A DNA stretch of 64,000 nucleotides from the NCBI GenBank assembly GCA_046563655.1, contig CM102286.1, positions 11,904,001-11,968,000 on the forward strand, read 5' to 3'. This DNA comes from Yuukianura sp. NJ FZ-2021 (lineage: Eukaryota). Position 1 is the first letter of the stretch; each line of letters starts with the position of its first letter. The translations under genes and the position numbers were made by a program. Under the pieces are notes generated by a model that did no database searches, had not been told where the DNA came from, and worked only from the letters and a program-made list of their open reading frames with translations. Below are positions 38,784-51,800 of the stretch, in pieces.

Positions 38784-40041
38784 TTACTTCTTCTTGGGTG
38801 GTGCCTTAGCCTTTGGCTTTGTCTTTCCGTATTTACTTTTCTTAGGTACCAAACCACCCTTGCTCTTGGCGTTCATCAGCAGACTGAGGTAAACGTTTCG
38901 TCGGAGCTTGTTTCGAGTCCTCCTCGCCTTTTGCAACTTGAATCGCTCGAAATCAGTTAGATTCGCTCTCTGCGAACCAAGAAAGAATTTAGCTTCACAA
39001 TTAAATTATCAAGGATACGTTTATGCTGATGCTTCGTGATGTTTAGTAGTGTGAAGTCAATGTGTATTCACTCACCGTTTTACGAGCTGCGACACGAGCG
39101 GCCCACCTTGACTTTGACCACTTCTCTTCAATACCGGCGTCTTCCCAGGCCTTTTTGACAATTCGTGATGGGGCAGTCCATGGGTACTTCATGGAAAGTG
39201 TTGTCAAATGTAGTCTCTTCAATGACATTTCTTGTCTTGGAACGCCTGTAACTGGTCCATCGACGAGCACCTAACGAAAAAAAATACATCAGATAAGTAC
39301 AAGAAACGAGTTTAGAATTGAATGAAAGCCAGAATAAAACTACGAAGTTTTCAGTATAGCAAATTAGCTTCAGATGTCGATCAGCCGGCACTTCTTATAA
39401 TTTGATTCATCATTTTAACTACCAGTACCACTGCTAACACCAAGAATAGCAGTACATTTAACTGTAATTTAAAGTAGTAAATTGATGCTAGCAGTGGGGG
39501 TGGAGTAAGGCAGAGGTGGTACGTATTAAGACTCCATATCCCATCCGGTATCCCCTCCCATTGTTGTGGTTCCAATGTTGCCCGATTTTGAGTGGCTGGG
39601 ACACAACCTAACCTAACCTAACTTGCAACAATGCAACAACAATAATTGGATGGGATACCGGAGGGGATATGGGAGATTAACACGTACCACCTCTGCCTTA
39701 CTCCTTCCAGCAGTGGCGCTGGCATGTGCGTCAATTCAACAAAATCTAAAAGTGGATCTCGAGATCCAACGTACTCTGTTTTGGTCGATGATGTTCACGA
39801 TGCCAACCAATTTGCCTTCGAAGTCTCCGTCACTGATATAAGCCACACGGCCGGTTTCCACATATTTTCGAAATGCCTGGAAAAACAGAAAAAATATGTC
39901 TTTTTTTAATACCTCAATGAAGCGATTTCTGTGCTTCAAATTTTACACAGTGACACTACAAAGTCTTACCAGCTTCTACATTACATCTACATTTATTCTA
40001 TGTCCAAGTAACCGATTAATTCAAAGTAATTGACTTACCAT
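38784..40041 (-). CDS. RpL14: 60S ribosomal protein L14; exons 40041-40039, 39876-39775, 39270-39076, 38969-38784
   Basis: [15 protein letters not shown]...[15 protein letters not shown]...[10 protein letters not shown]...[11 protein letters not shown]. The first coding exon holds only the ATG. Confidence 0.97.
39346..39420 (-). ncRNA. Candidate intronic box C/D snoRNA in RpL14 intron 2
   Basis: Minus strand reads AGTT-AAA-ATGATGA (C box, 39413-39407) ... CTGA (D', 39384-39381) ... CTGA (D, 39354-39351)-AAACT. 4-bp terminal stem, 75 nt, ~75 nt upstream of the 3' splice site, same strand as a ribosomal-protein host. Confidence 0.75.
39498..39708. mobile_element. 211-bp MITE with ~55-bp TIRs, 8-bp TSD and (AACCT)n core in RpL14 intron 2
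   Basis: AGCAGTGG direct repeat at 39490-39497 and 39709-39716. Arms GGAGTAAGGCAGAGGTGGTACGT...GGTATCCC and a near-perfect reverse complement. Centre AACCTAACCTAACCTAAC. Confidence 0.85.
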
Positions 40042-40119
40042 TTTAATTGATGACCGATTCCGGTTGCAAAATAAGAAACACACGCAAGGGATACCCAAAT
40101 CCACAACGTGAACCGTAGT

Positions 40120-40130
40120 TGAAAAGACAG
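40120..40130 (-). promoter_or_regulatory. TCT/5'-TOP-like initiator of RpL14
   Basis: Minus-strand CTGTCTTTTCA ~85 nt upstream of the RpL14 ATG, as is typical for ribosomal protein genes. Confidence 0.55.
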
Positions 40131-40711
40131 ATATGCAATGGCTGCTGCGCCTGAATCTGCGTGACTTTAAAAATCATAGTTTATTTCGGCACTAGAGCAC
40201 ATTTTGTGTGCATCAAAAAAACCTAACCTGACAAAGACTCCACCAGGGCCGAAACTGCACAACACGCGAAAAAGGCATTTTTAAGGTAATGCAACCTATG
40301 GCTAGATGGCACAACAGTTGTCATGGTTACAAAGCAATGACGCCATTAATTGTTTTATCAATTACTGAATCATTTCATAGATTTATGACGATTTACAGAT
40401 TCAAACGATTTTTTGAAAATCAGAAAGCGATGGGTATGGAAGCGATTTGTATTGTCTAAGATCGTTAAAATAACTGCTTTCATCTGCTGGGGGACTGCGG
40501 GGGTACAGCAGCCGTCGCAAGGTACAATACAAATGTTTTGTGACTTGTTCAAGTTCATAACCACTTAAATATTGATGATTGATTGTGTTTAGAATCGATT
40601 GACTAAAATTTTTATTGCTTTATGATTTTTGCATAGTTTTCTAAGATTTTTCAAATATTTTTTTTTTCAGAATCAGGTTTGAAAGTTTGCTAGAAGAAAT
40701 CCAAAGTCAAG

Positions 40712-41552
40712 ATGTGTTCCTGTGGAACTGCCGCTGCTACCTCGAACGTTCGTTCACCAATTTATGCTGATGGAATTACAATGGAAATTGCTGAGAAAAT
40801 GCTCGGAGTACCGCCGTGTCGTCCATGTTGCAAGAATCAAAAATCGAATGCATGTCGTTGTAACCTAATTGGTTTTGGAAACTACTGTGGACGGACCGAG
40901 GAGGATCGATTGGCAGAAGCTCATCGTCGAATGGACAATCGCGTTTTCTTTATGGGAATCACGGCTCATGGATATCAGGAACCAATTCTGGAAGCTATCA
41001 ATCCCGACCCAAAATACCGTGATGCAAATGTCGGAAAACCGGAAATTATTTCGTTTTTGCCAGATAAGGCTGAAGGACCTGTGGACTTTGAGAAAGTGGC
41101 TGAAAACTTTCGCAGCATCGACGTCTATAGTGGACTCGTTGATGGGAAAAATTATGGACGGTTTAATCGTCTGCGTCAACATAAAATTCGTCACACTCGA
41201 AATCCAAACGGTAATGAAATGAAATATGATTTTTATAAGGTTTTTCTTCGATTTGAGTCGAATTTTGTGTCATTTTAGGAACAGAAACTCGATTTTGTAT
41301 TCCAATCACCAGTGCTATGAACCACGGATGGTGGATTCGGGATATTGAGCAACTGAAACAAACGAAGTGGTACGAAGCACGTGAAAAAGCACCAGTTGTT
41401 AGAGGCGACGTCACCAAGTACGTAACGAACGATAATTCTCACGATTAGAGCAACTCTTTTACGTTAGAATTATACAATGTTAACTCCCATTTTATTTTTG
41501 TAGATTTGTGGATGATATGTTCCACCATGACCCCAGCTTCATGCTCTTCTAA
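40712..41552 (+). CDS. TEX49: TEX49/SPMIP11-like sperm microtubule inner protein with Cys-rich N-terminal extension; exons 40712-41210, 41279-41417, 41504-41552
   Basis: FFMGITAHGYQEPI, FCIPITSAMNHGWW and C-terminal DVTKFVDDMFHHDPSFMLF* resemble, from memory, the three conserved blocks of TEX49. Splicing is frame-consistent. Confidence 0.75.
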
Positions 41553-42861
41553 GCGCAATTTCAACCTGAAGGTCAAACACTTAAGCATAACCAACCAATC
41601 AAAGCAATTTTCGTAATGTGTAAGTACAAAAATACTTTTAACTTGAAGTAAAGAATTATGAATTTGCACGTGAATTTCTCAAGTTACTGTTTAGAAAAAC
41701 TCTAAATAGAAAAAAAAATCTCTTAGAAAAAAAATAGTTAAAATTGTACTTTCAAAAAAATAGTTAAGTCTTTCTTTTTTGTTTCATCTTCGTCTAATAT
41801 CTTTGAATATGATTTCTTTAGTTGGAATTGTTTGGTTAATCTTCTAATTTATTTGAACGTTTTGAAAAATCCATCTCCTTAATGATGGATTTACTGATCT
41901 CTGTATCAAATCAAAATGCAAGGTCTAAATTGATCTCTTAAAACTTTTTAGAAAGTTAGGTGCTTGTTGCATATTTTGTTGGGTGGTGGCGTTGGAAAAA
42001 GAAAGTGAAAGTTCGAAGCATCTTCTCATTAATAATTAGTGTGTCTTCAATTAACATAGTTTAGATCAAAAGTTCGCTATTTGTAATTGTAACGATGGAT
42101 CTGTTTTTGGAATCCGAATAATTCGAATTTAAGGAAATTATTATTGGCAACAGCCGCATATACGTACGAAATTACTATCATCATTTTTTTATGTTTAGAA
42201 CTTTAATTGCCGTATGACCTCAGCGACTTTGGTGTTTAATGACCGGTATGTTGATTTAATGTTCAGCTAAATGTTCAGCAATTGAGACTGCTTTGAAGAA
42301 GTCAAATGAAAAACTTCCTCTTGAATTCTCGAGTATCACGTAAGCGTACTTCAATCTTTACAATTTATTCGACATTTTGAAGAATGTGTGGAGGGGATGT
42401 TTGAATTTGGACGTTGGATATTACTAACAATACAGGGGCTATTATTTTTTGCCCACCATACCGTATCTTTTTTGTATTTATCTTAAACACAACAACAAGC
42501 AAAGCAGAAGGGGAGAAGAAAGATATGCGAAGAAAAGGCGAGGGGCTTCTTGTACGTTCTTTTCTCATCTCTATTCAACAATTCAACATCATCTCATCAG
42601 TGAACATTGTCTTTACCGTGAGAACTCCTGCTGAAGGAACTCACTGATCGAACATTTCTTCTTGTCACACGAAGTAAACCAGCCATCTAGGTCACCGTCT
42701 TCGCAAGACAAAAGTAACTGAACTTATTTCACTTTCGTTGTCAATTTTGCCTGTTTTATAGTCATTATATATAGGCAATACTAAAAAGAAGGTTTTAATT
42801 TAAACCTTTAATTGTTTTTGACAGATTAGGAGCCGAATAATCAACTAAAAAAAATTCGAGT

Positions 42862-44668
42862 ATGCATTGGACAGTTCATAATGAAGGGGGACCTCGGAGA
42901 GTTAATCATGCCGCAACAGCAGTAGGCCAGCTGATTTATTCTTTCGGAGGCTATTGCACTGGTGAAAATTATTCCATTCAACGTCCGATCGATATCCATG
43001 TCTTGAATCCAGGTAAAGCGTACACAACTGAACTGAACGTGAATTTGAGCGATTATTTCTTAAAATAAGTTACTCTAGTATGCAATTGGACGATGGAGGA
43101 CGCGTGTTTGTTGTGTGGTTAAGAATGTTTTCTTAAGTCTCACTTTTTTGTATTTTTGTTTATTCTTTAGTCACGTACCGATGGAAGCAAGTCATGGTTA
43201 AGAATCGACCTTCCGAAATTCCTTTTCAGCGTTATGGTCATACCGTAGTATCGTATGGGCATTACGTTTATCTCTGGTAAGCAGAAACACTTGTTTGCGT
43301 TTATAACCGCAACGCCATGATTTTGATGGCGAAGTTAACTGCATTTTTCTTCTTTAACAGGGGTGGACGAAATGACGACAATGCTTGTCAGACTATTTAT
43401 CGTTTTGATACGAAGACATTGCGATGGGAAAAACCACCGGTGGGAGGTAAATAGCAGTTTGGCCTTTAAAATAACCTATTCTCTTTTACTCATATCACTC
43501 GCACTCGACTCAACCGATCGACATCAAGGTTAAGTAATTTTTATGCTCTCTTTTTGACAGGTACAATTCCAGGCGCTCGTGACGGACATTCAGCTTGCGT
43601 TATTCGGAATCAAATGTTTATTTTCGGTGGGTACGAAGAAGACGCAGCTCTTTTCTCACAAGATGTCTACGCATTTAATTTGAAGACTCTTGTCTGGTCT
43701 TTTATACCAGCTTCGGTACGTCTTTTATTACTGGTTTTGTGGTTTTGTTATAGTTTGATTCACCAGTTACATTTCCTTTCGCTTTCAGGGTATACCACCG
43801 TCGTTCCGTGATTTTCATACTTCTACGGCATACTTGGATCGCTACATGTTAGTCTTCGGTGGGCGTGGAGACATTCACGGGCCGCTACATACCAGAGCTG
43901 AGCTGTATTGCAATACTTTGGTATGCTTGGATGTTGAACGACAAGAATGGAGTCGACCCACCACGACTGGAACTATTCCTGAAGGAAGACGCTCTCACTC
44001 TACATGTAAGATTCTAATTGACAACTGTGCGTTTTTAAAGTTTTTGTTGTAGTATACCGGTGGTAGCTAACGATTACCTAATATTTCTTCTGACAGTTAT
44101 GTACAAGGGATATATGTACATGTTCGGAGGATACAGTGGAGCTTTAGATCAGCACTTCAATGACTTCCACAGATACAATCCAGGTAAATCCAAAATCCGA
44201 TTTTCTTAGCATAATGAAGTATTATTGTAAACATGAACATTCTTGTATTTCATGTTCAGATACTGGAGAATGGAAACAAGTCCGCCCTGTTGGAGAGGGT
44301 CCTGCCCCACGACGCAGACAAGGATGCGTTGCTATTGATAACCGGGTATTTTTCTTCGGTGGCACTAGTCCCCTGGAAGGAGCAAATGTAGCTGAGGACA
44401 TCGACGAAGTTAGCTTGATCGACCATGATGACCTCTTCGTCCTTGACATGGGTAGGATAAAATTTAACCTTATCTACGTGCCAACTCAGTCAGTATTGTT
44501 TCTAAACCTCTATGATTTGATGTAGAACCAAGTCTGAAGACTCTCTGCCTGCTCCACATAATAGAGAAAGGTTCAAAGTTGGATACATCAGTATTACCGC
44601 GGGACTTGAGACAGGAGTTGTCGTGGATGGTGACGCGAAACCAGCTAACAACACTCGCAAGTGGATGA
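42862..44668 (+). CDS. KLHDC3: Kelch domain-containing protein 3; ~8 coding exons
   Basis: MHWTVHNEGGPRRVNHAATAVG, FQRYGHTVV, PGARDGHSAC, PEGRRSHS, PRRRQGC, and a C-terminal BC/Cul2-box PSLKTLC...LPRDLRQEL. Confidence 0.95.
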
Positions 44669-45876
44669 GTCAGCTTGCTGCGACGCTGATTGGCAGAGGA
44701 GTTTCGTTCACATGAGCAGTGAATGTGCGAAACAATCTCGAACGCACATCAAACCATCCGGCAACTGCCTTTCTTTCAAGCCATTCTGCTTCTTCTTATG
44801 TTTACAATCCAAGTTGCAAGTTTCAGTGTAACCGCGCATGAGCACGTGTAGTTCATAACGTTTTCCGTTTTTAGTTCTTAAACATTTAAAAGTATTGTTT
44901 TTTAGAAAACGCATTACATTACGCAGGTATTTATCTTGTCTCAAGAACGAAGACCGTCCTATAGTTTCAAGTCTCCACGTTGAGCTCATTTACTACTAGA
45001 CGTTGACAAAAATTCTCTGACTAGTATTACTTCTAATTTTTACTTCTGTTCTAAGAATAATTGTACATTAAGTTTTTTAGGTGCAATTAATTTGTGTTAG
45101 GATAATGTTCTCCTTTTGCGTGCAATTTCTTACATCAGTTTAGAAAGGTGGTAGGAATAGTTAGGGTAATTAGGTTTTACCCTACTTTTTTGTCCTAACG
45201 AATAAAACTGAACTACAACGTTGCTGGTTTAACACATGGATTTTAATTAATGTTATTTAATTAATTGACTATAATTGACTATTAATTGACTAAAAAAAAT
45301 TTAATCCACTCATCCACTCATAGTGGATTAAATTCTTTAAATAGTATTTATTCGTTTTTCCATGAAGTCCACCTATGCGTACTGGGTGATATGGTGACGT
45401 TAGAATAACTTCTAAAATACTAACTTGAAAAAATTGGGTTGTGGTAAGGCTTAACGAGACTCTTAACGTCATACAGTGTAACCACTTTGCGGCTACAACC
45501 GCTTACGGCTTACTATGCTATGCGGCTACTTATGTCGCCACTTTGAGTTATGTCGCCACTTTGAGTTAGGCTTGAGTGGTTTAGGCCAGCTACAAATGCT
45601 GCCACAACGTGTACTCGGCTATCGTTGCCAAAAAAGATGGCCGGAGTGCCATTCGCCGCCTGGTTAACATGATGTCTGCTTACCCTTACTTCAACCATAA
45701 ATTATGAGAAAAGTTTGATTGTTGATTGAAAACCTAGCAAAAAAAAGTCTTCCTTTCTAAGATTTGCAGAAAGTTTCTAGAAGATTGTTTTGCAGTGTCA
45801 TTTCATTTGTCGATTTGTTAATCGTGAATCAGATAAATTCCTGTAATCGCGGCCGTTGACTGGGAAGTAATCAGTG

Positions 45877-47460
45877 ATGGCAGACTTTGTTGCATCTTTA
45901 GTAGACATGGGGTTTGAACGTGCTCAAGCGTAAGTGTTTTTGACATTTGGTTTGTGATTCATCATAAATGCGAACGCGGTACTTTACTACGTACTACGTT
46001 TTGCTGTAGCGAAACTGAAATTTCGAAGGAGGGGTTCTTGCTTAGTCTTTTATGGTTTGATTTGAATACAGGGAACGGGCAGTTCGGGTCACTGGAAATA
46101 TCGGTGTTGAGCCGGCTTTGGAATGGTAAGCATTAGCACGAATGAATTTTAGGAATTATTTGTTAGTAGTTGTAGTAATGTTTAACTTTTTAAATTATGT
46201 TCCTCCAGGATTACTACGAATCTTGATACCGCTGATGACGATTCCGCCGCTGGAAAAGGCAATGCAGAGTCTTCGGCTGAACAAATGGAGGTTGATGCAC
46301 AACAGTCAAATTCCGAAACTGGCGAAGGAAGACCAGCGGACGTACCTCGATCGTATAAATGTGAAGAGTTTGTGGAAGATAATCCAACTTGAAGAATCGT
46401 TATTGAATACGTTTCACCATTGCCTCAAAATTATCTAATATGCTTCTTTTCAATTACAGCTGTGGTAAAGTACTCAAAGACGAGACTGAAATGGAATATC
46501 ACGCTGCTAAAACACAACACGTAAACTTCTCAGGTTCGTTTATTTAGTAGTCCGGGGTCACTACGTCTCTGGAATGTTCGAATGTTTGAGGGCTCTTAAT
46601 ACGAGTAAGACCAAACTTACTTAACTTTCTGTATTTTCGCAGAGTCCACCGAAGAAAAGAAAGCCTTAACTGCTGAAGAGAAGGCTGAGCAGTTGAAGCG
46701 CATTGAGCAGAAGTTGAAGGAGAAGCGAATAGAACGAGAAGCCAACGAAAAGCTGGAGTCTCTCGATCGGGAAAAAATGCGAATCAAGGCTGGAAAAGAG
46801 TTACTAGAAGCAAAGAAGCTTATGGAACAACGGCAAATCCAAGAAATTGTCGAGGCTCGGCGTCGTGAAAAAGAAGAAGAGAAACGTGCCAAGGAGCGTG
46901 TTCGAGCCCAAATTGCAGCAGATCAAGCTGCTAGAAAAGCGAAACAAGCTGCTCAAATGGGTGTCGCTTCCCCTGCTGCTGCAACATCACCGTCGCCATC
47001 ACCGTCCAGTCACCCTCTTCACTCCTCTTCGTCTTCTGAAAAGAAAGACTACAAAGAAACAAAGATTCAGGTAACATTTGTTACATTGTACTTCATCGCA
47101 ACTAGTACTGCCTTTTACCTTATAAAACGTGTTTTCCTGTTTCCTTAGTTACGTCTCCCTAATGGTAAAGCTATGGTTCACTCATTCGGGGCACAGGAGC
47201 CGTTGGCTGCAGTGAGACTCTATGTTGAGCTGAATCGTGACGACGGTGTCACTGGGCCTTTCAATCTCATGTCCACATTTCCACGAAAAGTTTACGAATC
47301 CGACGATTACGACCAACCTCTTTCATCTCTCGGTGGGTGTTTCAATTATTCACTTACGTATTAATCAAATGAATTAATTAACTAAAACTTGGTTTTGCTA
47401 AATACAGGTCTAGTCCCATCCGCAGTCTTAATGGTTACGCGACTTCCGTCCTTCGAATGA
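45877..47460 (+). CDS. UBXN1: UBX domain-containing protein 1 (UBA, C2H2-like finger, coiled coil, UBX)
   Basis: SLVDMGFE UBA domain, VEPALEW, YKCE.CGK...YHAAKTQH, ESTEEKKALT..EK, coiled coil, and a UBX domain with TFPRK and LGLVPSAVL. Confidence 0.93.
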
Positions 47461-47631
47461 ATCCACCTCAACTTACGAGCTCAGCAGCACAAAAATCCAA
47501 ATTCAACCAGGTCTAAAATCTTTTGAAAAAAATTATAATTATTCTGAAAAAGTACCTACTAAGAAAAGAAAACAACGTAAGTCTCCTGTATTTCTGTCGA
47601 ACTATTTCAAGTAAACTTAATTTTTTGAAAT

Positions 47632-47690
47632 TACCGTATTTCCTGGCCTATAACACCCACTCATATAATAAGACGCACCGTGTATGTTTA
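47632..47690 (+). mobile_element. Possible solitary pogo/Tc1-like TIR remnant
   Basis: TA-CCGTATTTCCTGGCCTATAA...ATAAGACGCACC resembles pogo-family termini. No matching right end found. Confidence 0.4.
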
Positions 47691-48807
47691 TCGTTCACTT
47701 GAAGAAAAAATAAGCGAAAACAAAATCTTACAAATCAGTTTATTGGCGTCTTATTTCTGCTGATTTGTATCAAGCGAAGCTTTGTTTTTACAAAGAATTG
47801 TAATTTAACGTGACGTTTTTTAACTTATATGTTCTATCGTCCTCACCTTCTTCATGTTCACTCTTCAATGATTCATCCCCAAACGCAAAATATAATTTTA
47901 CTAAATTGAAAATTAAATGAACTAATCTGATTTTTAAAGGTTACGTCTAAGTTTTCACTGCCTTTAGCTTAATTACTTATGAATAGCTTATGCCACAACA
48001 GATAAATGCTTGATTGAATTTTTAGATTTTTTTTTAGAAAACTGACACAGCATCATTCATAACTCGTTTTCAAATGTTAAATCGATTAGAGTTGGTTCCA
48101 ACGCTCATTGTTGCTTTCTCCATGTAAATGAATGGAACCTCAACCGACCCAGCTTCCAGTGTTCTTGGAAGTTGCTTTTAACTAACCAAAAATGGGTAAG
48201 GTACATTTAAGCAAATTGACGATTAATTAATCATCTATCTCATAAGTGACTAGATTCTGTTTACATTTCAGGCTTTCCTTGGGATTACATGGCTAACATG
48301 GAATGGAATGGAGCAAAGACCATTCCAATTGGTAGGCTTCCCAGTATTACCAAGTATGCTAAACGATACTTCGGAAACGGACATCAACACACTAGTAACT
48401 ATACAAAGTTCAGTACGTGGCACCTTACAAAAAAAAAGCGACACACAAGACAGTATTACCCTACAAGGCTAAGAAGTGTTAAGCAGAGAACATTAGTCTA
48501 CGCAACAAGTTTTCGTTTTTGAATTTTTGCTAAAAAGTTTTTTAGTTTTTTCAGGATTTAACACAGCTAGTCAACTCGAAGCTTGAAGCTCTGTTTAGTC
48601 CATTTAGTCCGTCGTTGGTTGATGGCCAAGAGTTTTGTAAGTTCGGGACAATGCAAAAATGGCGTTAGAAACGCTGTAGTTTTCATTCCCAGCTTCGTAA
48701 CAAGTCATGAGCTGCACTAGCATTAAAGTTTAGTGTTGAAGGAGGACGCTCCGCTTAGCGATGGTCTGTACAGAATGGTTGACAGACCAGGCTGAACAAT
48801 TTGGCGA

Positions 48808-51800
48808 CTAAGTAGGACAGAGTACTGCAACATAGTAAGGTAAATTAATTTCAAAACATATTTTTAAATTTTTCAAATTTTGATTCGAAATTTTGATTTT
48901 TTTATTTTTAGAGCCAACCTTTAAGGATATAGTCTGTCAAGAGTGTTGGAACCGCAGGACTGTCCTGCTCAATTGCCTTCAGTACTGAAAAAAATCAAAA
49001 CAACGTTGTGAACAATTCGAGCTATTTATTTTTGAAAAATTCTTGAACGCGACAAGCAAGGAAAAACTACACAATGTAAAAAACTTCAAAAGTTAAAATT
49101 TTAATTTACTTTTTATGAGGACTTGAAGAGTGGCATTGGGTGGAGGTCCATTTCCCGCATGGTATGGTATAACAGTTGTCAAGTACTGAAATTTTTGAAC
49201 AGAAAAAGTAAGTTTGATGTTTCGTTTTCAAAATTTCCATTCCAAAAATATTTATTCAGCACCAATTTGAAACAATTGATGCTGATTAGATATATTTTTT
49301 TCTTTGTTTTCCAGACTCAAAACTTAGAATCGCAAATCCTAAAAGCATCATAGCGACATCACTAGCCGTGTTAACTCAGCCATGTACTGGAGATGTTGCA
49401 TCGCTGATTTGCTGAATTATATTAACCTACTTTCACAACACTCTCCAGATCCAGAGCCAGAGATGACAATAGAAATTGAAAGCGACAGAGGAAGTAACAG
49501 AAAAGCACTCAACAGCCTTACTTTGGATTGAAGACTTCCAAGTGAAGCTGATTTGTCTGAATTGTTTCCATTAGTGAGTCCTCCGGAACTTCCGCTTGCT
49601 CCAGCCCCAGCAGCAGCCGCTCCACCAGCACTTACGCTCCCACTGCTCGTCATTCCAGCCTTGTTTTTCTTTCTGTCTAGATTATGCTGACGACGCTTTG
49701 TTTGAACAGCCAGGAGGTGAGAAATGAAAGAGTTCTTGAGCTCCTTTTCGTACTCTAACTCGTCACGGTGAGCGAGTTCAGCGATAAGCGTCTCCGAGTA
49801 TTCCTTGATTTGTGCTTCCAGCTCCAGCAGCACTTCGTTCAGTTCACAAACAGGCAGTACATCCAACTCTGGTCAAAACGACACAAACATGTCAAATTAA
49901 ATCCTTTACTTTACTCTGTTGTAAAGAAAGGAGGGTTGAGGATCTGTTTGGATAGGAAAGTACACTGCCAGTGGTGTTAAAATGTCACCGCGGCGGTGAC
50001 CTTACTTTCTTGGTAGAATGGAGCAGAGCAAGGTTTTTTTCCTGGCCCACTTTTTCCAGGACAGTTACAAGCTCCAGAGTCATCGGAGCAGCAGAACTCG
50101 GAAGCTGGAGTCGAATCCTGGAAAAGTTAGGTTGAACAAAAAAAAAGTTAGACTAAAGTTAATATTGTCCAGGGACATGTCGAATGTCGCCACATGTCAG
50201 TCATGGTTTACTTTCCATTCACTTTGTAGCAGATTCAACTGAACTTAAGTTTGAAAACAAAGTCACTGGGGTATGTCAGTGTCAACTCCATTTTGATTAG
50301 ATTAAGTTAGGCTAGGCTAATATTCAAAAGTTTTTCTTCACTGCAGACACAATTTTGAAAATTTTAACACATCGCTGACACAGTTCGGAAAAATTTGGGT
50401 TGCCAATACGTGAATGTGATGAATTTTTCAATTTAGAGATATGACATTTTTTGTCTTTTTTTTTGTCAGAAGTTCTTAGAACTTCTCAAGGTTTAGATGA
50501 AATTTTTTTTTCTGTTTTGTTGAAATTTTGAAACTTTGACAAAAAAAAAACTGACCTCGCTGACTTGCATCATGTAGTCGATTTCTCGAATGACCTCATC
50601 GGCCGTTGGTGGTTCCGGTTCGTTGTCATGAGTTCTTCCAAGAATAAGAGAGTGCATGTCCAAATCGCTGGAAACGGCTTCGTCCTCATCGCTGTATGTG
50701 TTCTCCTCGTCATCCTCACTCCGGCCCTAATGTTAAAAGTGTACTTTACGTCAAATAGAGAAAGTTTAGTTCAATTTAGGATAAAGGGTGAAAGTTATAG
50801 GCTTGTAAGGCTAACCAACTACGGACAGCTATCGCCATAACTTACTTCCCTCATGCTAAAAGTTCTATTTTTCCTCTGCTCGTGATCATAAAAGGTTCGT
50901 TTTTTTGCAAATGAAACTCGCTAGGGAATGCTATCAAATGTCACGACATTCTCCTTTTTGGAAGGATTTAGATAGAGGCACTTCGGCAGTAAAATATTGG
51001 CGAGACACTCAATAGAGAAAGTACTAAAAGCACTGGTTCAGGAAAAGAAAAAAATCAATATTTAGACAAATTGATTCCGTAAATGGTAAGTAGTGTTAGC
51101 CTTTTCCGCAAATTAAATGCCAAGACTCCGATACTCCTTTACCCACCCAATTACAATTTACCCAATCACAATTTACAACATTCAACATCAACATTTCTAC
51201 ACGTAGCAATAGGATTTGAGTTAATGATACATTTATATACATGTACATGATATAAATTGCAACATATATTTAAATGTAAACAATTTATGAAAAAAATTTC
51301 TTACCTGTACATTTAAATTTAGGGCTGGAAGTTGAAGCTGTTTCCGAGTGTACGTTTTTGACCAGTCAATCGGTAAAATATTACCGTAATTCCCCGTGAT
51401 TGTCCACCACATTCTGCAAAAAATTTAAAACAGAAAAATATTTTTAGTAAGTGTTTAGTAAAAAGTTTGTTTTTCGAGTTCCCAGGAAAATTATTCCTGT
51501 TTTTAATTAACAAAATTTATTCCTGCTTTAATTTCAGTATTTTTTATTCCTGTTTTCGGCGGTTTTTTATTGAAACTTTTCGTTTTAAAATTTCTACCTG
51601 TATCATTGTTTTTTTTTGGTGCAGTCATTAGAAGTGCACTTCCTTTAAAAAAAATGGCTCACAGATATTATTTTCGCCTCGTACGAAAGGAAGTGAATTA
51701 TCAGCGAAAAACGCTGCTGCTGACACACGCCTTTAGCAACATCCTGCGAGAGCTTTGACATTGGGTTCACAACAAATCCGGTTTCCGGATTAAACTCTCT

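Noticed and set aside
39381..39909. Two similar ORFs (..[16 protein letters not shown]..) on opposite strands
   Set aside because: They are translations of the two arms of the intronic MITE.
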